64,000 nt of DNA. Origin: Raja brachyura (taxonomy: Eukaryota). The stretch is from contig OY740815.1 in the NCBI GenBank assembly GCA_963514005.1, forward strand, positions 2,232,001-2,296,000, read 5' to 3'. The notes below the pieces were generated by a model that saw nothing but the letters and a program-made list of their open reading frames with translations, made no database searches and had not been told where the DNA came from. This document shows positions 36,246 to 49,863 of the stretch, piece by piece. The first letter of the stretch is position 1. Each line of letters begins with the position of its first letter. Both the position numbers and the translations under genes were made by a program.

Positions 36246-37646
36246 AGACAACTCACTGCATATTCAGAAATAAAGAGCCACAAAAACCTGCAGATGCCTG
36301 AATCTTGAGCAAAAGAAAAATAACTGGAGAATCACAGAGGGACAGTCAGCATCTGGGGAGGGAGGGATGAACCCTGCACAGTTGCTGCCTGACATGCTGA
36401 GGTCCTCCAGCACTTCATGTTGTCTGTCCATTCCCTCCGCAACTGCTGTCTGAACAACTGAGTTCCTGACTTCACAAATGGCTGGATTTGTGCTTCAGTA
36501 TAGAGTCATGGAATTGCAAGGCGCATAAGCAGGCCCTTTGGCCCATCGAGTCCATGCCAAACTTTTTCTCATCCACACCAATCCAGCAAAAATGGCAACT
36601 GAGAGAGATCTCATCCATGCCAGGCAATATATCACCCTGATATCTAATAGCTCCTCCTTCTCAATCGCTGGCTTTACCTTGCACTAAACGTTATTCCCTT
36701 ACCATGTGTCTATACACTGTGAATGGATCGATTGTAAACATGTATTGTCTTTCTGCTGACTGGATAGCACGCAACAAAAGATTTTCACTGTACCTCAGAA
36801 CATGTGACAATAAACTAAACTCCTACGAATTCCATGGTGCTAAAATGCAGCTGCCTCCTTCAGTGAAGGGGCAGTTTGATCAAATTCAACCATTAGGTCT
36901 GTCATTAATGCCCATCAAAATATTTTCAATTTCTCAGTTAGTTTCACCAACTAGGCACCATTCCCATTTGTCCAAACCCTTTTGCTCCAATCTTCTTCTG
37001 GCATTCTAGTAAGTAGCCTAGCAAGGCTGGATTTAGTTTCCTTGCTGTGTCCACTTGTGGCGCCAGGACTGAATTAGCAACGTCAGTGATCAAACTAGAA
37101 TCCCATTTATCAAACAACATACAATAATGGAGCTACTATGCACGATTTAATGATGTGAACAATCAGATGGGAATTGGTTCCTTACCATGGCTAGTGAAGT
37201 GGGATTCAAATTAAATGCACATGTAGCCTCGACGCTTGTAAATAAATGTATTACAAAATGTGGTAACGTTGCACGGCATGATGCTAACATGAAACCGTCC
37301 AAATGGTTCAAAGTCAATCTTTTAAGTCGCTCAGCATTTTTGTCGGATTTCGTTCCCCAGCCAATTTTCTCACACTCTATTTCTGTTAATGTACTGCTCC
37401 TTGGGAAATCCTTCACTTTGTATGTTCTAAATGAATTTCAAAAGGGTGTTTGCTCATCATCAAGCATACCTGTGGATAGCTTGATTGTAATCACATATAG
37501 TCTTTCTGCTGACTGGACAGCACACAACAAAAAAGCTTTGCCTCGGCACACGTGACAATGAAAAACTCAACCAGACAGCATCCAGGTGACATTTATTTAT
37601 GCAAGAAACCTGAAAATGGAATTGGAACAGTCCAGTCAATATTGAG

Positions 37647-37806
37647 TTTAAGAAGGAACTGCAGCTGCTGGAAAATCGAAGGTAGACAGAAAATGCTGGA
37701 GAAACTCAGCGGGTGCAGCAGCATCTATGGAGCGAAGGAAAAAAAAATCCTTCGCTCCATAGATGCTGCTGCACCCGCTGAGTTTCTCCAGCATTTTTGT
37801 CTACAT
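37647..37806. mobile_element. Fold-back (palindromic) Penelope-derived mini-element
   Basis: About 58-bp inverted arms around an A-run; TSD tcaatattgag at 37636-37646 and 37807-37817. Confidence 0.8.
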
Positions 37807-38907
37807 TCAATATTGAGAATGGCCTAAAGCTGTCATGTGAAAGTAGCCTTGAAATTATTCTTGCATTGCAAAATTTGACCTAATTACTCTACCTCAACTC
37901 CAATCACGTTGGTATGACAGGCTCAATTATACATTAGTAATGAAATTAAAAAAGGCATGGTTGAATAACATGTTGAGCAAAACACCTTTTTGAAATTCAT
38001 TTTGAAGATCTGGACATTGCCCATCCTTAGTTCCACATGATACATAGAAATTAGGTGCAGGAGTAGGCCATTCGGCCCTTCGAGCCTGCACCGCCATTCA
38101 ATATGATCATGGCTGATCATCCAACTCAGTATCCCGTACCTGCCTTCCCTCCATACCCTCTGATCCCTTTAGCCACAAGGGCCACATCTAACTCCCTCTT
38201 AAATATAGCCAATGAACTGGCCTCAACTACCCTCTGTGGCAGAGAATTCCAGAGACTCACCACTCTGGAACTCTCTGGTGTTCCACTCGATACGGTGGTG
38301 ATGGGCTGCCTCTTTGAGCTCATCGAAACATTCACGAAGCAAGGGGTCAGGTTAAATAGAACCCATCGCTGTTGTGAAGATTCATTAAGTGAATGACCAC
38401 CAACAAGGGAAGACCTGCACAAATACACCTGTTCAGGTCAATGGGCATCATGTGAATGAAAGGTCGCTGACCTAACATGTTAATGCTGTTTCATCTAAGA
38501 TGCTGCCGGTCATGTTAAATATTCCCAGCACTTTCTAGTTTTATCGCATTGGGCTATATATAGTGAGGTCACAAATTACTTTCCTAGATCCAAGTAACTT
38601 CTAAACAATTTGAATTAATTTTCCACAACAAAAATTGATTATAGACGGCTTCAAATTTGGACTTAATTTGATTGGTATCATTTTAAGAATGCAAATTCTT
38701 CACTCAAAACGGCAGCAGGTAGGTAGCATGCACTCTTGCCAGCAGCATCAGCATGGGCGAGTTGTACCCTGGCCACTCCCTCTTCTCCCCTCTCCCATCG
38801 GGCAAAAGGTACAGAAGTGTGAAAACGCACACCTCCAGATTCAGGGACAGTTTCTTCCCAGCTGATATCAGGCAACTGAATCCACCCCATTGGTGATCCT
38901 CAGACTA

Positions 38908-39077
38908 AGAAAGAACTGCAGATGCTGGAAAAATCAAAGGTGGACAACAATGCTGGAGGAACTCAGCGGGTGAGGCAGCACCTATGGAGCGAAGGAATAG
39001 GTGCCGTTTCGGGTCACCTATTCCTTCGCTCCATAGACGCTGCCTCACCCGCTGAGTTTCTCCAGCATTTTTGTCTA
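38908..39077. mobile_element. Fold-back Penelope-derived mini-element inside a Rex-type 3' fragment
   Basis: Inverted arms; TSD cctcagacta at 38898-38907 and 39078-39087. Confidence 0.78.
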
Positions 39078-39939
39078 CCTCAGACTATCTTTGATCGGAC
39101 ATTCCTAGCTTTACCTTGCACTGAACATTATTTTCTTACCATGTATCTAAACATTGCGAATGGCTCGAATGTAATCATGTATTGTCCTTCTGCTGACTGG
39201 ATAGCACGCAACAAAAGCGTTTCACTGTACATCGGTACACGTGACAATAAACTAAACTGAACTTTTCACAAATTCCTTCAAAAGGTGACCAAAGATAACC
39301 TTAATCGTAGCCATGTCTGCAGGATTTATTTCCTATATTAAAGCATTCAGTCTTTATTCTGTAGTTTAATATTGCAACGTGATGATGGTGAGCATCCTCT
39401 TGCAAAGACACGGTTTTCAGCAATTAAAAACCGTTTAAGGCAATTTGAGATCAGCACTAGCATCTAATTCCTTCAGTCTATCTGTATCCTAGGGAAGAAG
39501 TACAGTGCCCTCTGCTGTTGAACAATGCCTGAATGTGAACAAAATGCATGGCCATGACTAGGTATAGGAAGCACACACCTTGTCATAGGGTAGGTAGAAT
39601 GGGGACACAAGAAACTGCAGGTGCTTGAATCACGAACAAAACACAAAAGGAAGTCAACAGATCAGGCAGTGTCCATTCCCCCCACAGATGCTGCCTGACC
39701 TGCAGAGTTCCTCAGACACTCTGTAATTTAATAAACAAAATGGGGAGAGGTCAATTAAACCATTTTAATTTATTCAGGGATTATAATAATAGACCACACT
39801 GCCGATGGCGCAGGCCAGCAGAAACAGGAATAGCTTTTCATTATTCATTCACAGCCAAGGCCAATGCAACGTCCATCCATTGCCAAATACACGTGTGATG
39901 ATGAATCACCTTCTTGTACAACTGAAACCCATATACTGA

Positions 39940-40327
39940 TGTTTAAGAAAGAACTGCAGATGCTGGAAAAATCGAAGGCAGACAAAACTGCTGGAGAAAC
40001 TCAGCGGGTGAGGCAGCATCAATGGAGCGAAGGAATAGGCGATGTTTCGGGTTGAGACCCTTCTTCAGACTGATGTCCGGGGGGGGGGGAGGAAAGAAAG
40101 GAGGAGGCAGAGACAGTGGGCTATGGGAGAGCTGGGAAGGGGGAGGGAAAGGAGGGAGAAAGCAAGGACTATCTCAAATTAGAGAAGTCAATGTTCATAC
40201 CGCTGGGGTGTAACCTGCCCAAGCGAAAATGAGGTGCTGCTCCTCCAATTTTCACTGGGCCTCACTCTGGCAATGGAGGAGGCCTTTACAGGACAGAAAG
40301 GTCGGATTCGGAATGGGAGGGGGAGTT
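39940..40327 (-). mobile_element. Penelope-like element 3' fragment (GIY-YIG C-terminus + pseudo-LTR)
   Basis: Reverse complement is homologous to 43110-43450 and 5340-5490. Confidence 0.8.
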
Positions 40328-40873
40328 TTGCAAACCATGGCATACAAAGAGCGGCCACATAAGGGGGGCCGACAAAGTTACAGAGTACCCCCTTTATTTG
40401 CCCCAATGGCCCCCCTCATTCCCCCATCGTTCTCGGTTGCCTTCCACTCCGGGGCCCCTTTGTTCTCGGCATGCTTGTACTTGACCACTTTGACCTAGAT
40501 GTTTTTCAAAAATAATGGATGTGCACCCATTCAGGCAAGGAGACAGTATTCCATCCATCAGTTTAGAGAGACCGCATGGAAGTAGGCCCTTTCGCCCACC
40601 AAGTTCACATCGACCCATTCACACTAGTTCTAGGTTATCCCTGTTTCCGGACAAGGGCCAGACTCAGGCACAACTAATCCTCACTGTTAGAATCTTTACA
40701 AGAACGCGGACTGTAGCAATGGCAAAACATAAACCATGTGCCTGTCTGTTGAAATAGCTCGGTGATGGACAACAACTGCTTACAGCTGAAACTCTATGAC
40801 ATGACGGTGATTATGTACATGCTGAATACCAACATATGAAATTGTAAACTAACATCTCTAGTAATCAACTTAC

Positions 40874-40944
40874 TTTTTTTAATGATTCCGAGGTATAGTC
40901 CGGATGAGTCAAGAGAATATCCATATCACCACTGGACTCAGCGC
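40874..40944 (-). CDS. POLB: POLB exon 10 (GAESSGDMDILLTHPDYTSESLKK)
   Basis: ttctcag acceptor, AAA|GTAAGT donor, 71 nt; catalytic D190/D192. Confidence 0.97.
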
Positions 40945-41159
40945 CTGAGAACAAGAGCAATATTGCTTTTGATCCATACTCCCTACATTTTTGTTGCATT
41001 TAGTAGTCATTAAACAAATAGAAATAGTAAGTAATTAAGTTTATTGGCCAAGTATTCACATACAAGGAATTTGCCTTGGTGCTCCGCCCACAAGTAACAA
41101 CATGACATACAGTGACAGTTACGAATGACTCGGAAAACACTAAACATTAATAATAATAA

Positions 41160-42390
41160 AACAGCCAGTTCTCTATCCACATCAATACTGAACCCCCAAT
41201 ACGTATGCTTTAAGTTTCTATACTAATCTCTTATGTGGGACCTTGTCAAAAGCCTTCTGGAAGTCCAGATACACCACATCCACAGGTTCTCCCCTATCCA
41301 CGCTACTAGTTACATCCTCGAAAAATTCTATAAGATTCGTCAGGCATGATTTACCTTTCGTAAATCCATGCTGACTTTGTCCAATGATTTCACCACTTTC
41401 CAAATGTGCTGCTATCCCATCTTTAATAACTGACTCTAGCAGTTTCCCCACTACCAATGTTAGACTAACTGGTCTGTAATTCCCCGTTTTTTCTCTTCCT
41501 CCCTTCTTAAAAAGAGGGGTTATGTTTGCTACCCGCCAACCCTCAGGAACTACTCCAGAATCTAAAGAGTTTTGAAAGATTATCACTAATGCATCCACTA
41601 TTTCCAGAGCTACTTCCTTAAGTACTCTTGGATGCAGCCTATCTGGCCCTGGGGATTTATCGGCCTTTAATCCATTCAATTTACCCAACACCTACTGACT
41701 AAGCTGGATTTCACTCAATTCCTCCTTTGACCCGCGGTCCCCTGCTATTTCCGGCAGATTATTTATGTCTTCCTTAGTGAAGACGGAACCAAAGTAGTTA
41801 TTCAATTGGACCGCCATATCCTTGTTCCCCATGATCAACTCACCTGTTTCTGACTGCAAGAAGACATAGAAACATAGAAAATAGGTGCAGGAGGAGGCCA
41901 TTCGGCCCTTCAAACCAGCACCGCCATTCATTGTGATCATGGCTGAATCAATAACCCGTGTCTGCCTTCTCCCTATATCCCTTGATTCCACTAGCCCCTA
42001 GAGCTCTATCTAACTCTCTCATAAATCCATTAGTGACTTGGCCTCCACTGCCCTCTGTGGCAGGGAATTCCACAAATTCACAACTCTCTGGGTGAAAGCG
42101 TTTTTTCTCACCTCAGTCTTAAATGGCCTCCCCTTTATTCTAAGACTGTGTGGCCCCTGGTTCTAGACTCGCCCAACATTGGGAATATTTTTCCTGCATC
42201 TAGCTTGTCCAGTCCTTTTATAATTTTATATGTTTCTATAAGATCCCCCCCCTCATCCTTCTAAACTCCAGTGTATACATTCCTAGTCTTTTCAATCTTT
42301 CCTCATATGACAGTCCCGCCATCCCAGGGGTCAATCTCGTGAACCTACGCTGCACTGCCTCAATCACAAGGATGTCCTTCCTCAAATTAG
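41160..42390 (-). mobile_element. Two adjacent CR1 fragments (RT N-terminal part 41160-41860; 3' end 41865-42390)
   Basis: ORF 41218-41691 KSPGPD...NYRPVSLT...QHGF...DFQKAFD; CR1 3' UTR. Confidence 0.85.
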
Positions 42391-42722
42391 GATGAAAAGC
42401 CTCATCTTGGGAGCAGATGTGGTAGAGATGGAGACATTGAGAGGAGCGGATAAGTCTCAAGATCACAAGTGATACGTTCTCCTGTTTTTTTCAAGACCCA
42501 CGGTTAACCAGACTGAGCGCTTATCCAGTCCCCTTCAGCTTACGGTGAATTTGCACACATCCTTGGCAATTTTTTTAATCTACTTTTAAAGCAGACAACA
42601 TTTAAAAAATAGTCAAGGAAAAGTTAAGAAAATCATCAAATGGTATCCTGGTTTAGGCACAAGAGCAAGTATTCCATTTGCCATTTTTCATTTTACTAAT
42701 CCAGAAATCAGAATGTACCAAC

Positions 42723-42795
42723 CTCGTCTGAAGCTGCCACAAACGGTGGCGACATATTTAGAATCTAATTTTTCCACCTCCCGCAGAGCTATAGC
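42723..42795 (-). CDS. POLB: POLB exon 9 (AIALREVEKLDSKYVATVCGSFRR)
   Basis: ttttag acceptor, G|GTTGGT donor, 73 nt; PolX nucleotidyltransferase motif GSFRRG. Confidence 0.96.
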
Positions 42796-42952
42796 CTAAA
42801 AAGTAAAAAGACAAAAATAATTAAAATTCACGATGGTAATTAAAAGCAGAAGTGACATTCGTGACTGTGTGGCAGATCTATCATTCACTTCAACTCTACT
42901 GTGGTAAAATTACGTGGATATGCAGGGATCATGTGCAGGCAATGTTTAAAGG

Positions 42953-43451
42953 CGATCTCCTCCAACCTCATCTATTGCACCCGCTGCTGTAGATGTCAGC
43001 TGATCTATATCGGTGAGATCAAGCGTAGGTTTGGCGATCGTTTCACCGAACACCTCCGCTCGGTCCGCATTAACCAACCCGATCTCCCGGTGGCTCAGCA
43101 CTTCAACTCCCCCTCCCATTCCGAATCTGACCTCTCTGTCCTGGGCCTCCTCCATGGCCAGAGTGAGGCCCACCGGAAATTGGAGGAGCAGCACCTCATA
43201 TTCCGCTTGGGCAGTCTGCACCCTAGTGGCATAAACATGAACTTCTCCAATTTCCGGTAGCCCTTGCTGTCTCCTCCCCTTCTCAGCTCTCCCTCAACCC
43301 TCGGGTTCCTCCTCCTCCTTTTTCCTTTCTTCTCCCCGCACCCCCCCCCCCCCCCACCCTACATCAGTCTGAAGAAGGGTTTTGGCCCGAAACGTTGCCC
43401 ATTTCCTTCGCTCCAGAGATGCTGCTGATTTTCCCCAGCACTTTTGTCTAC
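42953..43451 (+). mobile_element. Penelope-like element 3' part (GIY-YIG + pseudo-LTR with hammerhead core)
   Basis: ORF ...NLIYCTRCCRCQLIYIGE...; CTGAAGA at 43369 and GAAAC at 43389; TSD caatgtttaaagg at 42940-42952 and 43452-43464. Confidence 0.88.
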
Positions 43452-44785
43452 CAATGTTTAAAGGAGATGTGTGGGGCAGGTTTTTCAGTTTTACACAGAA
43501 GGAAGGTGGTGTGTGCCAGGTACATGCTGCCAGTTGTGGCAGATGAGGCAGATACGATGGGGTATCTTCTGGATAAGCACATAGACATTCAGGGAATGAT
43601 AGTTGCTGAGCACCAAACTTAGGAATGGTGTGGCAGTTTTTCCTAAAGAGCAGAGATTTACTAAATGATTACAGGGATTCATTATTCCCATCTATTCATC
43701 GGCGTTTTATAAATCATCGAGTTTGAGATTGTTCTCCTTGCAATAGGGAAAGACTAATGAGATTAGACGCAAGTGTGAAAATAATGAAAGGTTTAAATAA
43801 GTAGTGTGAAATGGTTTCCAATGGCTCATGGTGAAAAACCAGAGGATGTTTATGAGGACTAAAGACGTGGAAAAATTTGACTGATGGCTTCTTAGAACCA
43901 ATTTCAACAAGTTTTCAAAAGAGAACAATAATTATCGATTTTAAGAAATTGCAGGAGAGGTCGAAGGGGAAATAAAACGCATTTGTGCAATTCCTTCCAT
44001 TACGTCAGAACCTCCCAAGCTTTGAGACCAATGAAGTAACTACAACATTTAAGGGTGGCACTGGGGCCCAGCAGTGCAGTTGCTGCCTTAGAGCGCTCGA
44101 AACCCGGGTGCTGTCTGTACGGAGTTTGTACGTTCTCCCCGTGACCTGTTCGGGTTTTCTCCGACATCTTTGGTTTCAATAGACAATAGTTGCAGGAGTA
44201 GGCCCTTCGAGCCAGCACCGTCATTCAATGTGATCATGGCTGATCATCTCCAATCAGTACCCCGTTCCTGCCTTTTCCCCATATCCCCTGACTCCGCTAT
44301 CTTTAAGAGCCCTATCCAGTTCTCTCTTGAAAGCATCCAGAGAACCTGCCTCCACTGCCCTCTGAGGCAGAGAATTCCACAGACTCACAACTCTCTGTGA
44401 GAAAAGGTGTTTCCTCGTCTCCGTTCTAAATGGCTTACCCCTTATTCTTAAATAAGGGGTAAGTCTCTAAGTGTTTCCTCCCGCACTCTAAAAACGTAGA
44501 CTTGTAGGTTAATTGGCTTGATATAAATGTAAAAAATTGTCCCTAGTGTGTGTAGGATAGTGTTAATGTGCGGGGATCGCTGGTCGGTGGGGACTCAGTG
44601 GGCCGAAGGGCCTGTTTCCGCACTGCATGTCTAATCGAGACCCAAAACATCACCCATTCCTTCTCTCCAGAGATGCTGCCTGTCCTGCTGAGTTACTCCA
44701 GCATTTTGTGTCTACCTTCGATTTTAACCAGCATCTGCAGTTCTTTCCTGCACATCTTACCCAGTTTAAGGTCTCTTTGCCTTAC

Positions 44786-44840
44786 CTGCATTTTCACCAT
44801 TTCTGTCCGAGGAATTCGCTTTTCAAAGTCTTCAAAATAC
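44786..44840 (-). CDS. POLB: POLB exon 8 (YFEDFEKRIPRTEMVKMQ)
   Basis: ctgtag acceptor, CAG|GTAAGG donor, 55 nt; visible within track ORF 44693-44878. Confidence 0.97.
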
Positions 44841-46879
44841 CTACAGGGATCAATAAAATAACTATGAGCACGTGGCAATTGGAAAGCAGTTCCATCTGTA
44901 CTCGCCTATTATAGGTCGCCCTGCAGGTTAAATGTTCAGTTTAAAGCTCTCTCTGTTATCCTGCATGACTTAATTCAGGTCATCCCTTACGTTTAAATGG
45001 TTCAGGTTTCGCATCAACGAAAAATAACAACTACTTTGCCACAATACGAAGGGAGTACCTTCATATCTCGCCAATCCTCCTGCACTACGTATAATATACT
45101 AACTAACATGAAGCACAAGGCAGAAACTCAAGTTTCAGATCCAAACTATAATTCTGCGATCCATGTAACACATTAAACATTGTGTTACTGCCCAGCCTCC
45201 ATTTTGAAATCCATTTCAAGAAAAACATTTCCGAGATTATTACATGTAGCACAGTGTGACTAAGTTATTGTCAGAGGTAATGGGGAGAAGGCTGGAGAAT
45301 GAGGTTAAGAGGGAGTGATAGATCAGCCATGATTGAATGGCGGAGTAGACTTGATGGGCCGAATGGCCTAATTCTCCACCTATGACATTATCTTATTGTC
45401 CAAAACTAGAAGTTGTTTAGTTATCCCTTTTATTGCATTTAACACATCAAGCAAATACATGCACAACACAATTGCTCAAAGTTAAGAGAAACTATCTAAA
45501 AAAATGAAATGATTACATTTTTTCCCCAACTCCAATTTTAGTTAGAGTAAAAAAATAAGCAAACAAATTAAACACAAAGGATGTGACATTAACGTAAAAC
45601 ATTTTGAAGTATTTAAGGTTAATATATTGGGAAAATGAATGCTCAATTATTGTGGATAATTTCAGATTAGTCTCCATATCCTTTAAAGCACAACAGGGAG
45701 ATTTAACAGGTTCAAACTACCTTTCTTAACCAAGGAGTAAAATGAAATAGCTGGCTGAATCGTGAATTCCCATAAAACTATTTCCTCCAACTTGAAATTA
45801 CAATGGGTACAGTAAAACTTTAATAATTGTTTGCAAGGCTCTGATTACAAAGATATACTTCACCTTTCAGATTTAAATGGAACATACACCTGCCTGTCAG
45901 TTCTCTAAAAATCCAATTATGCCCATTTTGTGTTGTATAAAATCATTTTGACCACAAGCTCTTTGCCATTATTACTGTCCCTTCAAAGTAATTTTCCTCC
46001 AAATGACCAATAGACATTTACACTCTTGCAGAGAAAAGTTATATGGCAGGAGAAGTCAAAGGAGAATAAAGGTGACTGTCTGGGTCCAAAGAGGACTGTA
46101 AAGGTTTTGTGATTAACAATAAAGTAAGGCAGGGGGTGGTGCCCTCTTTCAGACCTTCACTTTGGCTCTCTCTGCTGTTCTGGCAAACTCACAAACTCTC
46201 GCAGAGGGAAAAGATTTAATAGGAACCTGAGAGGAAACCTTTTTTTTTAAACGCAAAGGGTGGTGGGTATATGGAACGAGCTGCCAGAGGAGGTAGTTGA
46301 GGCAGGTACTACCACAATGTTTAGAAGACTATGTTCAGACAGGTACGTGAATAGGTCTGGTTTAGAAGGATATGGGCCAAACGCAGGCAGGTGGGACGAG
46401 TGTTGATGGGGCATGTCAAGAGTGTTTTATTGTCATAGGTCCCAGACGGGACAATGAAATTCTTACTTGCTGCAGCACAACAGGATATGTGAATATGTAA
46501 ACATAGCACATAACGGGAGAGAAAAAAAAAGTTCAATAAATAACAAATATAGTGCAAATAACAAATAATAACATAGTCTTTTGCAGTTCAGAGCTCATAG
46601 CTTATTTGTTGTGTTTAATAGCCTGATGGCTGTGGGGAAGAAGCTGTTCCTGAACCTGGACGTTACAGTTTTCAGGCTCACGTTGCCCATGTTGGTCTGC
46701 GTGGGCAAGTTGGGCTGAAGAGCCTGTTTAAATGACTGTATGTTGATTTAGGCACCACAACAAACAATTTGCGGCAAGCAAAGTTGCTCACTGCACCAAA
46801 TCTTACGCCATTAATACTCGATCCCGTGCTGTATCTCATTTCATTTCTGACAAAATGGCTCCACCACGAAAACACTTAC

Positions 46880-46931
46880 TTCAAGCCAATCCGCTGATGA
46901 TAATTCAGTATGTGTTCATTCTCTCTCAGAT
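46880..46931 (-). CDS. POLB: POLB exon 7 (DLRENEHILNYHQRIGLK)
   Basis: ctacag acceptor, AA|GTAAGT donor, 52 nt. Confidence 0.96.
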
Positions 46932-47723
46932 CTGTAGATCAGGGAAATTATATTTCAAATCATTAATAGTCATTTAGACTTCAAACGAAAGAAAAAAATT
47001 ACTGCCAAGACTTAGATCAAATTGTTTTCCCGTTCCAGAGGGCTAAATGTTCCTCTCACAAGGAGCGGTACATTTAAAGATGATCATCACTGTGGCCATG
47101 TAAATGGGTTTGAGCTGTGCACTTAACACTTTACCTTCCCATCCCTATATTCAACTCCAGCCCCATAGTTCTCTAGATGTGACCTCTTACTCATCCCCAA
47201 TTGTAAATGCTCAAAAAGGAGGGCCCTGCCTGGGTTGCTGCCGCAGAGCATCAGAGACCCGTGTTCGATGCCGACTACTGGAGTTTGTACCTTCTCCCCG
47301 TGACCACGCGGGTTTCCTCTGGGTGCTCAGGTTTCCTGCCACATTTTAATGTGTAGGATGGAATTAGCATTGGAGTGATTGCAGGTCGGAGTGGACTCGG
47401 ACTTCCAAACGGCCTGATTCCACGCTGCATCTCTAAACTAAACTAAACATGTTGCATGGCCTGCCGTGTTTCTCCAGCATTTACTGGTTTTATTTTTTTT
47501 TTAACTGCTGATTTTTGTTTTTCATTATGAATGACCAATCATTAACAGAACGCTGAAGTGAAATAAATACATTTTCAGGAAATATATTGCACATGCATAG
47601 CAAAGAATTAAAGGAACATTTTCATATGTATTTTTATTTATGGGCAATTAATTTTTAAATTTAAGATTGTAACTTTACAGCCTGGTGTTGTAGTTTAAAA
47701 AAATGGGTGCTTAAATATCGTAC

Positions 47724-47773
47724 CATCCAAAGTCTTGATTCCCTCCTCCACAAACTTCCTCGCTGCCGCAGGT
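47724..47773 (-). CDS. POLB: POLB exon 6 (PAAARKFVEEGIKTLD)
   Basis: tttgcag acceptor, G|GTACGA donor, 50 nt, frame continuous. Confidence 0.96.
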
Positions 47774-48528
47774 CTGCAAAGTAGCAACACACATTAGTAC
47801 GTGACTGGGTATAATCCCGTTTAAATCCCTTCCAAAATATTTCACCTCATTCCTGTTATTTTCCTTTTGCCCATTATTTTAAATTGATCAGGACACTAAC
47901 TCACTTACCGTGGCAAATCCTAGCCCTTGCACCATCAGTTAAACATAACTTTTAGTTATTCTGAGCTGAAAACGTCCGAGGTCTCCAATCCCTTAAACTG
48001 CATCCTGGTAAACTTCCTCAAACCATCGCACATTCCTTCTCCCCAGAGATGCTGCCTCACCCGCTGAGTTACTCCAGCATTTTGTGTCTACCTTCGATTT
48101 ATACCGGCATCTGCAGTCCTTTCTTACTCTCATTGCTGTATCTCTGAAAGCAATAAATCCATTGATATCCATATTGTCTTTCTATTGACTATTGTTAGCA
48201 CACAACAAAAGCTTTTCACTGTACCTCAGTACATGTGACAATAATAAACTAAACTATACTGGTATCAGCAACAACAAATATTGGGATAGATGGAATCCTG
48301 TCCATTTCCAACAGAGAGCTAGATAGCGCTCTTAAAAATAGCGGAGTCAGGGCATATGGGGAGAAGGCAGGAACGGGGTACTGAATGGGGATGATCAGCC
48401 ATGATCACATTGAATGGCAGTGCTGGCTCGAAGGGCCAAATGGCCCACTCCTGCACCTATTGTCTATTGCCTATTTTGCCAGATAATGAAGTACCACTGT
48501 AATAAATGTTATTGCCGTCAGAACTTAC

Positions 48529-48587
48529 CCTATTCCGGTTACTCTTGTTAAAAAGTTAATAGATGAACTGGTATCATCTTGACGAAT
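48529..48587 (-). CDS. POLB: POLB exon 5 (IRQDDTSSSINFLTRVTGIG)
   Basis: ttttctcgcag acceptor, GG|GTAAGT donor, 59 nt; second HhH motif. Confidence 0.97.
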
Positions 48588-48646
48588 CTGCGAGAAAAGA
48601 AAGCAAAATTTCAATGTAATCATCAACATATGAAAAGTCTAAACTC

Positions 48647-48985
48647 CATCATCATCAGCAGTCACTGGAAACGAGTACGACTGTCCTCTCCTCTCCATAG
48701 AGTCGTCTACTTGTAGGTCTGCAGATGTCTGTCGAGGCCGATCTGTGATCCACACACCTTGGTGTAACGTTGGCAGTGGAGACTGGTGGTGGTCGGTAGT
48801 CATCGAGCCCCCTTCTCTCTCTCTCCTTACGGTGCTGTTGCTTTGTCTCTGCAACACGGCGTAGTTCCATTTTGTGCCGTGCAGCTCCTTCCTGCACGGA
48901 TTTCCTCCAGGAGCGCCTGTCCAGTGCAATGTGCTCCCAGTTGCTCGATGTGATGTGGAATTTCTTTTTACACCATTTACACCAT
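48647..48985 (-). mobile_element. RTE-clade LINE 3' end fragment
   Basis: ORF ...WEHIALDRRSWRKSVQEG... typical of the RTE C-terminus; (GAT)n tail ending about 60 bp before the POLB exon 5 acceptor. Confidence 0.65.
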
Positions 48986-49620
48986 ACGAAGGTAGACACA
49001 AAACGCTGGAGTAACTCAGCGGGTGAGACAGCATCTCTGGAGAGAAGGAATGGGCGACGTTTTGGGTCAAGACCCTTCTTCAGAGATGCTTCATAATAAT
49101 TGTTAAGCCATTTTGAAAAAATTGAAGTTCTACATTTATAGAAAATGTGGAAATCAATTTAGTTAGAGCAAGATTTCACAACAGTAACAGATTTTAAGTA
49201 TACCAACCCCACTGGTAAACATATGGGGTTGGGGTTGGGTGGACTACCCTCTTTTTAAAATGTACAGTGCTTTTTGGTATAGGAAGGACTGCAGATGCTG
49301 GTTAACACCAAAGATAGACACAAAATACTTTAGTAACTCAGCCAGGCAGGCAACAACTCTGGACCTGAAACGTCTCCCATTCCTTCTCTGCAGAGCTGTT
49401 GCCTGTCCCGCTGAGTTACTCCAGCATTTTGTGTCTTTTTTGTATCCACCTAAGTGAACTGAAGAACTTCTTTGCAAAACATACATGGCTTTCTTTTCGC
49501 GCCTGATAGATGTCTTACTTTGGATGATTGTTCGACCATCCCGTACCATTAATCTGGAATAAATCTAAACAGGTGATTAATACTCAAAAGGGTTAATTGA
49601 ATAAATAATCCATGCTGTAC

Positions 49621-49695
49621 CTTTTCCAGCTTTTGCAACTTTCCTGTTGCTAGAAACTCGTCAATCTTCTTAGCAATCCTGTCACCAACTCCTTC
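49621..49695 (-). CDS. POLB: POLB exon 4 ([25 protein letters not shown])
   Basis: ttttag acceptor, AAG|GTACAG donor, 75 nt; HhH GVG motif and dRP-lyase K72. Confidence 0.97.
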
Positions 49696-49863
49696 CTAAA
49701 ACGTATTGCAAATATAAATGAATGCATCTAACACTACTCGGATACCCTGTCATTTTAACTCATTTAAGATGTTTTAAATGATGCAAATATTGGGAAGAAT
49801 AACTAAAGTTTACAACATTTTGAAACGTAACAAAAATGTATTTTTTAGTATTGAAATGCTCAC

